Source of the DNA: a virus
Lineage: Duplodnaviria > Caudoviricetes
Strand: one strand, 5' to 3'
DNA: 25,370 nt
Virus record (IMG/VR): IMGVR_UViG_3300044675_001822
Span: 1-25,370 of that record
How positions within the stretch are numbered: the first letter of the stretch is position 1; each line of letters opens with the position of its first letter. The notes beneath the pieces are model-generated. The model saw nothing but the letters and a program-made list of their open reading frames with translations. It did no database searches and was not told where the DNA came from. This document shows positions 11,401 to 16,825 of this stretch, one piece after another. The position numbers were made by a program, and so were the translations under genes.

Positions 11401-12374
11401 AGACTCTTGAAATTACACTTAAGAATCCGGACATTTTTGCTGCACGTGCCTCTTGGATTTCTTTTTACTTGAGCAAGTTGAAGAAGCAGGGTGTAAATAT
11501 CTCTGGAATAGATTTCAATACTCACGAGCTAAATAAAGATGCGGCTGACTACGCACAGGCGATGGTCGACTCTCAGCAGAACATCAGTGACACCGACATG
11601 CAGGGAGAGATCTTCGCTAGCAAGCAGCCAGCTACCGTGTTCTTGAGACGTGCTATCCTTCCGTTGATGACATTTACCTTGAACCAAAAGACTCGTATAT
11701 GGTCTGATGTAAGAACCCTTTCAAATGACGTGTCGTCAAAAGATGACAAGGTAGAGGCGGCCAAGTCTTTGTCTGGAGCATTGATCGAGTTAGTAGCGTT
11801 CCAGGGAATAGTACTTGCGTTCAAGGAGCTTTACAATGTAGTAGCAGCTGCCATCATGGGTGAAGATGAGGACGAAGAGGAAAAGAAGATTAGAAAGATG
11901 AGACAGTCTCAATCCACTGCTCAGGCATTCATGAAGGACTTCTTCTTGCCACCGATCCCGGGAATGGACATATTGGCTAGCAAGGGTGTCAATTACCTTC
12001 TCGACGAGACAGGCCTATCTGACGAGCTGCCATACAAGTGGTATGGTATCGAGGACGAGGAGCAGAAGTTTAGACTGTACGACAAGATGAACCAAGGTTA
12101 CTTGGACATGCTTGGAACGCAGGGTATTGCGGCAGAGAAGGCTCTTGAACTAATCGAATACTATGACGCTGCTATCGATGGTGAGTTCACCAAAGAGTAC
12201 AACGGCAATAAAGTAAAAAAGGCCCTCATGGAAGAGGACCTTGATATAGCTAGAATGAATGCTGTTATTATGACTGCTTATTATGGAGGAATATTGCCAT
12301 CAGACATGGCCAATATCGTCAACATAATGAACAAGAAGATTCAGAAGAGAGCAGAGCAGGTAGACGAGGACTAG
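2433..12374 (+). CDS. Giant (3313 aa) multidomain polyvalent protein, probable virion-packaged ejection protein carrying enzymatic cassettes
   Basis: Uninterrupted 9.9-kb ORF with A-rich start context (TAATAAAATATG). Gly/Ala-rich hydrophobic helices in the N-terminal region, central enzyme-like domains (listed separately), long helical C-terminal region. Confidence 0.85.
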   Translation: MTDLKQSLRDFVATANSGKYADENVLISKFPELKGYDIGVLKDFVATSNSGKYQTEDELFSKFPEFAVKKKELVSPSQQKAQPTSLATGGAMEGGPSESSVPLWLQNQEQPKPKVAEETLPFMPAKPKPMSLGSARVPEKGPIFGVENPEFKEPEKIDKTLARLQTSLVDTDEEQATEKLKYLFGDLGFTFDQAGVGYDAITVTSPTGKQLDLSWDTFTKGGDEAVLTELKDFISKESKAPSNVDRLQKYYDDSNKKFVDQREINETIATLSKKSDDINGFIKSYSVKRDVLEKESQLLSETPENLRDANWESRYNNFLENADKLEEERLSVVEYQNNFEVNKADINNAVGKYMQTEEKMGWWGGLLLNEYLGGKGGVVSSATGLFIDGIVNMMPTESLTGDYPARFVDAAKKLGYKAEDYKKLKTSLSEDQIEEINDKVDDELKKQLKYQYGTLETAREASVKTFGSDEVTKQYEEKFKEGFLGGAIAGLAGSLPSMLGPAPARVISMYSSITDSVNEEMEKDPELSKISETEKSLVSVPIGIVSAILEEFGLRNVVANKGVLNKLVMRMLGKVGPKTTSRTFAELVRNDVESMVARGLLTVGGGALAEFETGALQEASEQTIKAIYNEVKGKDVFKNIAQTPYEFVGDMLYAGAQEAVGGFVLGSIPAVSAAYRKQGFEGMSDVDFEKFERIANDDKIESAFVTSLKTQVNSGEISVAEAKETLNDYRKSRGLYKQLPESLNTENKKKAMNLLRERQGIEQEISGKDEALIKTQKSRIQEINGLLENISKPENNAVQEQTTSEVPVQSGTGSGEKVQKGQPKAEPEVVTEEGAAKEEEVKQYVADLEETKQSNPEQYWSVDSVTEEAAKEGTVITDEDGGIVVSKDGDIKGLFKRATSKAKGVAQKLLQKAVEAGGVKLDNFDNYLTPVYEKAGFRVVSRLPFNEEYAPEGWNKEKHGTPDVVAMVYDPQNKLDIQEQKFEDYDEAMAYRDQLVEQSKSEYPMQSNFDQALANSAQALNVVAPGLKVIVGENIDDVQNQIVEALAPLVGERQAVKAAEEFAKGTKGQTIFVDGKPFAVVFDKTTADSRTAGHEAWEVMLNDAFGNDQAKFKEFTAGIDSQLRAQGFGDIADALDAFASQKGYEAVKYSEYMAELGGMLVEAGFGKGPLTAQQKTLLQKIGDIINKFAELFTGKKQFLDQATPEDILGFMVTISEKVAKGEDVSSFFRKGEKAKSTEGVTSRKQAEKIFTGEEKVPTFKSLPEIANWLEGWSKKNKIFAKDIKDVSDQEFVKKLESHTLKELAAWDGVRGQDYVSFYVGDIVDRLNPKLQKFAEARYGRMLTPGEVTLYHAVSGFASPQADPMFDSSKGLEIFDKYMNGGKPDVNKLSGYADKQATIYELNDKGKKVDTGKLKFDKEGNPIYSQVSMHYAVPSLNKMKAMISHFEGDVEKAMEWMTSIHSYEEISEVMGTPLKGAKALTPHENLSKEDGGFGIFGFTGAKLGSYILNRVGEYSTVTKDMWYARTMARLVGEPLTKDGKAMTDPWAAGTVAGVKKRKLADQAWESVAKKLNISPSDVQERMWDFEKRLYEKMGAIEKASYASEGFMKTAKKLEPGLDLDTKVVESRSQKAFDESIKKEEASIKLKFDKNGQLLAPNGKPSNLNEDLSRYTRTTVFKNWFGDWEKDPKNASKVVDENGEPLVVYHGSPYGGIKTFDRKESAKVSSGLKEFGTYFTTNRNVANIYASEGKISQEKINEIDGQINKLQEAQDNTRNSSDYYNFEKEIEALKKNKSPKVYAAFLNLKSIKDFNAEQKSFPEAWRNLKVDAGYKTATDRDAMDFLREGKFGVKKVDGIKASNIVDIVSQGKKDGDFVGDVYLAFDSAPDAIRVVETPTVTSRSQKSVPPVVDEVLTDDGKGNYLFVHYSDENRDVIKPMSGSKSNFTSREEVSAISSVGGVAMYYTKSGQKESGVGNVPHTVLVPKDKVYFYGSTEKGKVSHDPEGFEEEARRRFQEYKNRGNEDRPTKYAFDANNSAAWVTKVAAENGYDMLVTNWGGPKSYRAQTTKALKPEAEYTGFKKPEPVVFEVGDEIFVSGNYANITEVNGSIVRYSGTNQYGNAVSGVFDLNRNSNAIMIEKAKPVVTTRAQRVDVNVIPGYERFLGVIEGMIDKGIKSGTSYNKITANVIEYIQRDSAVYERADDSQREQIIRDFKKIRGEKFKVAPSVAKILGQIEDIKKVTVKESTALKDQIKLEAKAAKDSAAFVKQLRMDISGRLKSMVGRGMMSARQATAIISRYDKMNILNPVMRDRFVDYMSRVFQSAEYMDKIKEASKLRASIKKAMKSPANQAEIAKLAKDFGDIDPSRVENIDDYINNATQMLNAVARKTGDPLMRSLVNAADMASYIETEIKSQTEQIKNELLDKYKELVDAGVLSSDMTINEIKKVIAAIEENDNESVAKEEKAKAAVKEMMAEVSPLIVQIVKTGEDPFTGEPIALTQDEKKSLIALTKMDTDNLSLSEALQVLEYANNFVANGITSGIDGMVSLYQGGLNAGELVDDGIKSIPLSKYFSGLVGRVWGEGFATLPMLNKLLWGNTRRAIMVSEKAGINGVSNGKAKALKMVDNAVKQYVKLFSKTKDFLASENVVERGVFAFMSRNVVGDEFQAQDEFNRRKSLIKETIQALSDVDNNTESEIKKGEVIQKVYDKVLKDAKNINDVKKNVSQINQDAVNWWINKWSENFDRIDEVSRNVYNTQLSRDIDFTPDRFQLKEAPTAVEEDFESGFFGNFEYVDTSKSGSLRKNNRISNLPKDKNGIKTRIVNLDFDVNNVNAFTNAMVDVETASSVMQMKGFVTSKNFSKLFSNKEDKNLYKKRLIKYVNRAKGGSYVDQNELSKINRTINTIASFGVAKALFSVSQPFKQFFPPMINTFVQTGRFDLNKLLYMGGMGFIDSSGYPIANRGVASQGELKSINRQLVEAEKNLAMRGLDGVAEFSNKTLEITLKNPDIFAARASWISFYLSKLKKQGVNISGIDFNTHELNKDAADYAQAMVDSQQNISDTDMQGEIFASKQPATVFLRRAILPLMTFTLNQKTRIWSDVRTLSNDVSSKDDKVEAAKSLSGALIELVAFQGIVLAFKELYNVVAAAIMGEDEDEEEKKIRKMRQSQSTAQAFMKDFFLPPIPGMDILASKGVNYLLDETGLSDELPYKWYGIEDEEQKFRLYDKMNQGYLDMLGTQGIAAEKALELIEYYDAAIDGEFTKEYNGNKVKKALMEEDLDIARMNAVIMTAYYGGILPSDMANIVNIMNKKIQKRAEQVDED
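2454..2630 (+). repeat. Tandem duplication of a 33-aa unit at the N-terminus of the giant protein
   Basis: LRDFVATANSGKYADENVLISKFPEL vs LKDFVATSNSGKYQTEDELFSKFPEF: 18/26 identical, period 99 nt. Confidence 0.9.
2636..2645 (+). other. A10 homopolymer, candidate transcriptional-slippage/frameshift site
   Basis: GTA AAA AAA AAA GAA (VKKKE) immediately after the tandem repeat. The run is seen directly; slippage is inferred. Confidence 0.5.
4819..4956 (+). CDS. Nested 45-aa basic protein overprinted in the +1 frame of the giant gene (MPFKSKQQVKYLYSQEPEVAKKFRKDSPKQNLKSLPKKVQPKKKK)
   Basis: ATG 4819-4821 to TAA 4954-4956 with A-rich upstream context (CTAAACCAGAAAACA-ATG, A at -3). It spans a low-complexity linker of the host ORF and resembles small phage proteins I recall beginning MPFKSxxQxxY. 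Confidence 0.7.
   Translation: MPFKSKQQVKYLYSQEPEVAKKFRKDSPKQNLKSLPKKVQPKKKK
5000..5350 (+). other. GNAT acetyltransferase-like domain within the giant protein (approximate bounds)
   Basis: DGDIKGLFK...AKGVAQKLLQKAVEAGG (acetyl-CoA-binding motif-A-like), LDNFD, LTPVYEKAGFRVV (motif B, YxxxGF). Confidence 0.75.
5460..6100 (+). other. Zincin-like metallopeptidase domain with altered motif (HEAWE instead of HExxH); approximate bounds
   Basis: Beta strands (KGQTIF, FAVVFD), then TAGHEAWEVML (His codon at 5712) and downstream SEYMAE helix, which is the zincin layout. Confidence 0.55.
6170..7260 (+). other. HhH DNA-glycosylase-like domain within the giant protein (approximate bounds)
   Basis: FY...ASPQ..., GAKLGSYILN (HhH-like GxK), VTKDMWYARTMARLVG (Asp followed by R, as in the HhH-GPD catalytic segment), SDVQERMWDFEK terminal helix. 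Confidence 0.55.
7304..8131 (+). repeat. 15-bp exact in-frame direct repeat GTCACGCTCACAGAA (7304-7318, 8117-8131) flanking the ART cassette
   Basis: Both copies encode SRSQK in the frame of the giant gene. Confidence 0.85.
7380..8100 (+). other. ADP-ribosyltransferase-like domain (ART-PolyVal type) within the giant protein
   Basis: LLAPNGKPSNL...FKNWFGDWE...SKVVDENGEPLVVYHGS...GTYFT...ANIYA...VYAAFLNLK...DGI...YLAF: the H-Y-x ART pattern typical of polyvalent proteins. Confidence 0.8.
8170..8640 (+). other. Second, divergent ART-like domain within the giant protein
   Basis: LFVHYS (strand-1 His), AMYYT (aromatic strand), ESGVG, VPKDKVY, AAENGYD: same motif order as H-Y-x ARTs but with little similarity to the first copy. 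Confidence 0.45.
8676..8820 (+). other. Small SH3/KOW-like beta-barrel domain
   Basis: FEVGDEIFVSGNYANITEVNGSIVRY pattern. Confidence 0.5.
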
Positions 12375-13483
12375 AATAAGTGAGTGATTCTAGCGACCTG
12401 ACCGTGCTCGGGGTGGTGGAGGAAGCCTTCCACCGCCTTGGGGGAGCCGGTGTAACCATTTCTGTGGTGCCAGCTATCTGTTCCAGACGGTGATCGAAGA
12501 CTCTCCACGGTGACACCGATGTAGTCCTTGGACGTCTTGTGGTGTACGTGGTGTGTATACACATAGCGATGCTTGGTCTGTGACCATGACAGCGGTGACT
12601 CTTGAGCCATAAGCAATGGCAAGTCCTGTGCCTTGGCACCATCTCCATGTGTAGATCCAATCATATTGGTCCCGTACGTGTAATACTTTCTGTGTGCTAT
12701 AGAGCAGTCGAAGGTAATGTTTTCGCACTTTGAGAACCATGACTGAATCGTGTCGGCCAAAAAGAATCCATTTGTGTAGTCGTGGTTAGACGGGTTGAAG
12801 CAGAAGTGCACGTCAGCAACCGTTACCAGCATCTCGAGTATCTCAATGTAAAGCTGCTTGGCGATCAAGAAGTTGTCGTACCACATGCCATCGGTGTCCT
12901 GGAACGTACCAGACGTAGTGGTCCTCCTTGGCGTGTCGATGTGCAGGATATCGTTTCCAGCAATAAATAATATCTTATCAATATTGAATCCAGCGGTCTT
13001 GTCTAGGATTCCCTTGACGCCCTCTCTGACTCTTTGGACAGCGATCTGGTTATTGTAATCCTCGCCGGTCTCGAAAGAGCTAGCGAGCTTTCCAATGTGA
13101 ATGTCTGCCGGATCGATCACCAGTAGGTGCCCGTCCTTGCTATGGCTTCTGTGGATGTGCTGATACAAGGGTGCGTAAGACTTCATCTGATCGATGATAT
13201 CGTCTCTGATCTCCTCGTAAGATGGGGCAGAGTCTCCCTTTACGTTCATAGAGAAGTTCTTTCCCTTGTGCCAGTAATACTTTACCTTGTCAACGGGAAC
13301 TCCTATTACGTTACACTCTTCAACCAAGGCTCTGTGCTTGGTGATCTGTCTGCATACTTCTTTTCTCACTGTCTCTTCAGACATTGGCAGATTGTACTTG
13401 TCCTTTAGGGACTTAGCAATCTGGGTCTTATTGAGTTTGCCTTCGGCAAAAAGCTCAACAGCCTCTTGTTTATATGATTTCAT
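12371..13483 (-). CDS. Calcineurin-like metallophosphoesterase with N-terminal HTH-like domain
   Basis: Motifs DIHIG, GNDILH, SNHD, HGD, HHVHH in canonical order; N-terminal 'NKTQIAKSLK...SEETVRK' is HTH-like. Confidence 0.85.
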   Translation of the reverse strand: MKSYKQEAVELFAEGKLNKTQIAKSLKDKYNLPMSEETVRKEVCRQITKHRALVEECNVIGVPVDKVKYYWHKGKNFSMNVKGDSAPSYEEIRDDIIDQMKSYAPLYQHIHRSHSKDGHLLVIDPADIHIGKLASSFETGEDYNNQIAVQRVREGVKGILDKTAGFNIDKILFIAGNDILHIDTPRRTTTSGTFQDTDGMWYDNFLIAKQLYIEILEMLVTVADVHFCFNPSNHDYTNGFFLADTIQSWFSKCENITFDCSIAHRKYYTYGTNMIGSTHGDGAKAQDLPLLMAQESPLSWSQTKHRYVYTHHVHHKTSKDYIGVTVESLRSPSGTDSWHHRNGYTGSPKAVEGFLHHPEHGQVARITHLF

Positions 13484-13655
13484 TTGTGTGGGTCGCTTGA
13501 ATATCCTTTAACAAAGGTATCATAGCCTCAACGATCTTCTTCACTTCCTTGTTTTCCTGGTCCATCATGGCCTCGTAGAGGTCTGTAGACAGGCTGTTCA
13601 ACTCATCCATAACCGAGTTGACGTAGTTAGATATGTTCTTGTGTTCTGGTTTCAT
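13470..13655 (-). CDS. Small helical hypothetical protein (61 aa, MKPEHKN...)
   Basis: ATG at 13655 with A-rich context (TTTAAATACC-ATG) preferred over TTG at 13688; overlaps the next gene by 14 nt. Confidence 0.7.
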   Translation of the reverse strand: MKPEHKNISNYVNSVMDELNSLSTDLYEAMMDQENKEVKKIVEAMIPLLKDIQATHTNEII

Positions 13656-13721
13656 GGTATTTAAAACAATGGGGCCGGAAAATTCCAAACCCCAATGTTA
13701 CCCAACGAGATATGAACAAGG

Positions 13722-13729
13722 CAAAGATA
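13722..13729 (-). promoter_or_regulatory. Bacteroidota sigma-A -7 element TATCTTTG
   Basis: Matches TAnnTTTG; intergenic, upstream of the 61-aa/phosphoesterase pair. No well-spaced -33 element seen. Confidence 0.65.
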
Positions 13730-13828
13730 ATCAGACTATACCCTGAGTTATTAACAAATTGTACGCAAACATTTGCCACTATTTCTATTTACTGGCAATT
13801 GTGAGTAATTCTGCCGCATTATAGTTCG

Positions 13829-13933
13829 TAGCCAAGGAGGGATTTGAACCCTCAGTTCCTAAGTCTATGGATTTCACATATTTCGGAGGCCCGTCTCTGG
13901 GGTAGCTCCGCTTCGGATATACGAAACTTGGCT
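13829..13933 (-). ncRNA. tRNA-like structured RNA with canonical acceptor stem and T-arm but non-canonical interior
   Basis: AGCCAAG/CTTGGCT acceptor stem plus A; T-arm GAGGG-TTCAAAT-CCCTC; three interior hairpins; 105 nt; no encoded CCA. Confidence 0.65.
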
Positions 13934-13935
13934 AT

Positions 13936-13983
13936 GAAAAAGCCCCACGAGCAGATCTTACGGTATGCAGGCGGGGACTTTCG
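13936..13983 (-). terminator. Terminator-like long hairpin with U-tail between a promoter and the tRNA-like element
   Basis: Minus strand: AAAGTCCCCGC-CTGCATACCGTAAGATCTGCTC-GTGGGGCTTTTT. Confidence 0.45.
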
Positions 13984-14016
13984 GTCTAAGGATTCTATCC
14001 AGAGAGTGGTTCGATG

Positions 14017-14046
14017 CAAATATATGCACAAAGTAGCGAAAAGCAA
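14017..14046 (-). promoter_or_regulatory. Bacteroidota sigma-A promoter (TTG-19 nt-TATATTTG)
   Basis: -7 element at 14024-14017, TTG at 14046-14044; no credible CDS directly downstream, only structured RNA. Confidence 0.65.
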
Positions 14047-14068
14047 TACCTTGTGCAAAATCCTTATT

Positions 14069-14148
14069 TGCTATTTTTGTGACTTTTAACCATTATATTG
14101 TGCAATTTGTGCTATTTTTGGCACATTTAACCATTATAATGTGCAATT
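14069..14148. repeat. Tandem 39-bp direct repeat (14069-14107, 14110-14148)
   Basis: TGCTATTTTTGtgACtTTTAACCATTATAtTGTGCAATT vs TGCTATTTTTGgcACaTTTAACCATTATAaTGTGCAATT; 35/39 identical. Confidence 0.9.
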
Positions 14149-14303
14149 ATTGTACAATAATGTCCTTTAAGACACCCAAAACTATGTCAAAATGAGCTTT
14201 ATATGACCACTTGTTCCGCCAAAACTCGAGTTTTTGTCAAATAATGGCGGGTTATACGGACAATAACCGAGTAATGTCCAGTTTATTTACATAAAAACTG
14301 GAC
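14121..14303. repeat. Cluster of distinct short palindromes/inverted repeats
   Basis: GCACATT/AATGTGC 14121-14144; ATTATTGTACAATAAT 14146-14161; AAAACTCGAGTTTT 14221-14234; CCGCCA/TGGCGG 14216-14250; GGTTAT/ATAACC 14250-14268; GTCCAGTTT/AAACTGGAC 14276-14303. Confidence 0.8.
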
Positions 14304-16159
14304 TATGAAACCTCGCAGGCCCCGCCAGCGCAAGCAGCTTGGTCCATTAGGTTCGTCTTGTCGCTAATCTCTACAATCTTTGCGACATCCAAAGCGTTAA
14401 GATTTGTAACGAGTTGATCGTACTTCTCCTTTGTAATGGTCTCGAATGGAGTCTGAACGTAAGTACCAAGGTCCTCCGGCAAGAAAGACAGTCCGTTGAA
14501 GAACTGCTTGTTCTCCCATAACCACTCTCCAACTGCTGGCCACTCGGTCTGACCCATGGTCACAGTAGCGCTCACGTTGTGTGTATTGTCTCCACGCACG
14601 TGTCCAGGTGTGATCCAGAACTTGTGGAAGTACTTGACACGCTCTAAGAACTCAATAGCGTTCTCATCATTCCTAGTGATGGCACCAACCGGTGCAGACT
14701 GAGGAACAGACACGACAGCTTGCTGCTGTGGCTTGAACACGTCGTCCTCCAACATTTCAGGGTGGTAGATCGACAGGTACGTGTACATCGCCTCATTCTT
14801 TCCAATACGCATCCTGCGGACGTAATACTCGTCGTGCCATGCATGGATACCAGACGAAGTCCCCAAGACCAAGGAAGAGGTCCCAGATGGCTTCACGCAT
14901 GTGATACGAGCTGCCGGATTGATTCCGATCATCTCAGACACAGAGATATTTGCGTATATCGCTTGGTTAACGGCCAGCTGAAGGTTCATCTTCATCACCG
15001 GACCGCTAGCGATACCAGTCATCCCGATTCCCAATAATGCCTCACGCTCCGTAGTCTCTTTCCAGATCGGACGCAGGTAATGGAAGTCAGTGTAAGATGC
15101 CTGCATGGTTCCAATAACAGATGCCCAGTACACGCGATCGTTCAAGTCGTCCTGGTCCTTGATGTCAGAGGCGTTCACCTCTACCAAGTTACAGAACTGG
15201 AATGGGTTCAAAGCAATCTCAGCGCAGGGGTTGGTGCCCATGGTCTCGTTGTCGCTGAAGTAAAATCCGGGCTCTCCAGAATTGCTCAGCTCAATTTTTT
15301 TCCATAGACCAAGGAACTCCTCCTTAGATACACTATCACGCTTTAGGATGGCAGAGTTATTTGCACGTGCACGCTGCGGGTTTAGTTCCCACCAGTTGCC
15401 GAACTTAGACGTGAGCATCTCCTCGTCGTCAAGATCAAACAATGAAATCATCGCGCTGCGTCTGATACCGCCGCTTAATACCGCATCTGCGATAAAGCAC
15501 ATGATGTCGTGACACTCTACAGATGTAAGCCTTTCTCCGTCAGACTTGCGGTCCAATACTGACTGGATGTGCATCAAGCAGATCTTCAATGGCTCCGGTC
15601 CCGGGGCAACACCACCAGACGTGATAAGCCTTTCTCCCTTTGGCCTGATCGCACGGAAGTCGAAGCTAGGCACTGTGGCGCTAAGGCCCAAGTAACCCTT
15701 GATCAAAACTTTTACAGCGTCTGCCCAACCCTCGATAGAGTCACCGACCAAGTACCTTCGGGTCTTGGTTCCCTTTGCGATGGCCGGCAACTTCTCAATG
15801 TTGAATGACTGCACCGAGTATCCAACGCCAGTCCCGCAAAGAAGCAAGAACATGGTCTCAGAGAACGCACGGTAATCGTCAACCGACAGGTAAGAGCAGT
15901 TGAACAAACGGCTGTTGTTTACCTCGATTGGTCTTCCTCCAAACTGAAGCGAGCGCATAGACGGGAGGATCTTCTTGGCATATACCAACTCATAAGCTCT
16001 CTCGATCAAGGCGGTAATCTGAGGAAACTTTCTCAAGTGCATTTCCTTGTTGCGTGTAACAAGTTCGGTCCACGTCTCTCTTCTGTTCAACTCAGGTACG
16101 AAGCGGGCATACTTAGACCATACTACTAAATCCGACAAAATCTCTTTCTCTAGTTCCAT
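14303..16159 (-). CDS. nrdJ: Class II (adenosylcobalamin-dependent) ribonucleotide reductase, monomeric type
   Basis: FNC, GTGVG, GGIRRSA, TNPCAEI (radical Cys), FCNLVE, TCVKPSGT, C-terminal ACAGGACE redox pair; 618 aa, no ATP cone, no nrdB small subunit in the window. Confidence 0.9.
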   Translation of the reverse strand: MELEKEILSDLVVWSKYARFVPELNRRETWTELVTRNKEMHLRKFPQITALIERAYELVYAKKILPSMRSLQFGGRPIEVNNSRLFNCSYLSVDDYRAFSETMFLLLCGTGVGYSVQSFNIEKLPAIAKGTKTRRYLVGDSIEGWADAVKVLIKGYLGLSATVPSFDFRAIRPKGERLITSGGVAPGPEPLKICLMHIQSVLDRKSDGERLTSVECHDIMCFIADAVLSGGIRRSAMISLFDLDDEEMLTSKFGNWWELNPQRARANNSAILKRDSVSKEEFLGLWKKIELSNSGEPGFYFSDNETMGTNPCAEIALNPFQFCNLVEVNASDIKDQDDLNDRVYWASVIGTMQASYTDFHYLRPIWKETTEREALLGIGMTGIASGPVMKMNLQLAVNQAIYANISVSEMIGINPAARITCVKPSGTSSLVLGTSSGIHAWHDEYYVRRMRIGKNEAMYTYLSIYHPEMLEDDVFKPQQQAVVSVPQSAPVGAITRNDENAIEFLERVKYFHKFWITPGHVRGDNTHNVSATVTMGQTEWPAVGEWLWENKQFFNGLSFLPEDLGTYVQTPFETITKEKYDQLVTNLNALDVAKIVEISDKTNLMDQAACAGGACEVS

Positions 16160-16162
16160 ACC

Positions 16163-16561
16163 TTAAAACGCTTTACCATGCTTGTAACCACGCATTGAGT
16201 TGTACTTCATTTTCATTTCTATGTGTTTTTCAAGGTCCACACCAAGACCACCGCATAGGTCGAACAAACGGATAGCTACGTCTGCAATTTCATCTTCAAA
16301 AGACGACTTAACGCCTTGCTCAAACGATGTCTTCCAATTGATTGCTTTGAACAAAAACTCCTCGTCTGTCCTGTCTAATTCAAGGTCGTGAGACAATGAC
16401 TCTACAACATCTTGATCAGCGTAGTCATCTTTTCTTAAGGCTTCAAGGGCCTCTGCCAATTCTGAAACAATGAGCATCAATAACTCAGACTTGTTTCTTT
16501 CTCCTTCCCAAAAGCCTTTGCTCTTGGCCATTTCATGTGCTTGTGATATTAGGTTTTTCAT
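16163..16561 (-). CDS. MazG-like all-alpha NTP pyrophosphohydrolase
   Basis: LIVSELAEALEALRK ... EDEIADVAIRLFDL ... KMKYN: ExxE...ExxD metal-binding pattern. Confidence 0.85.
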   Translation of the reverse strand: MKNLISQAHEMAKSKGFWEGERNKSELLMLIVSELAEALEALRKDDYADQDVVESLSHDLELDRTDEEFLFKAINWKTSFEQGVKSSFEDEIADVAIRLFDLCGGLGVDLEKHIEMKMKYNSMRGYKHGKAF

Positions 16562-16818
16562 AATAGTTCTTTAAATTTTTCAATTGAGTCGCAGACTAAG
16601 GCCTCGACTCCTATCTCTTTTAATTCTTTAATCCGATACTCTTGCAGTGGCCGGGCCTTACCTCCCTCTCTCTTGACCTCAACAAAGACAGTTCTCCCTT
16701 CCCGATACATGTACAGATCGGGGATCCCTGGTTTATTAGTGCTCAAAAGTTTTAGGACGTACCACCCGTTTTCCTCGGCAAGCTTGATCATCTTTGATTG
16801 CAGCTTAGATTCTAACAT
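16558..16818 (-). CDS. VRR-NUC domain nuclease
   Basis: ESKLQ, GIPDL, FVEVK, RPLQ motifs in 86 aa. Confidence 0.9.
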   Translation of the reverse strand: MLESKLQSKMIKLAEENGWYVLKLLSTNKPGIPDLYMYREGRTVFVEVKREGGKARPLQEYRIKELKEIGVEALVCDSIEKFKELL

Positions 16819-16825
16819 GGGACTA

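Noticed and set aside
417-12660. Numerous minus-strand ORFs opposite the structural genes
   Set aside because: Ser/Phe/Leu-rich antisense shadows of Lys/Glu-rich coding sequence.
13829-13933. Canonical tRNA-Leu(GAG) call
   Set aside because: No D-loop GG, no U33, over-long anticodon arm and an extra 12-nt spacer; kept only as tRNA-like.
13844-14089. ORFs 13844..14089 (+) and 13852..14058 (-)
   Set aside because: Non-ATG starts, no protein-like features; they overlie the tRNA-like RNA, hairpin and promoter.
14069-14148. Mini CRISPR array
   Set aside because: Only two copies, 2 bp apart with no spacer; no cas genes.
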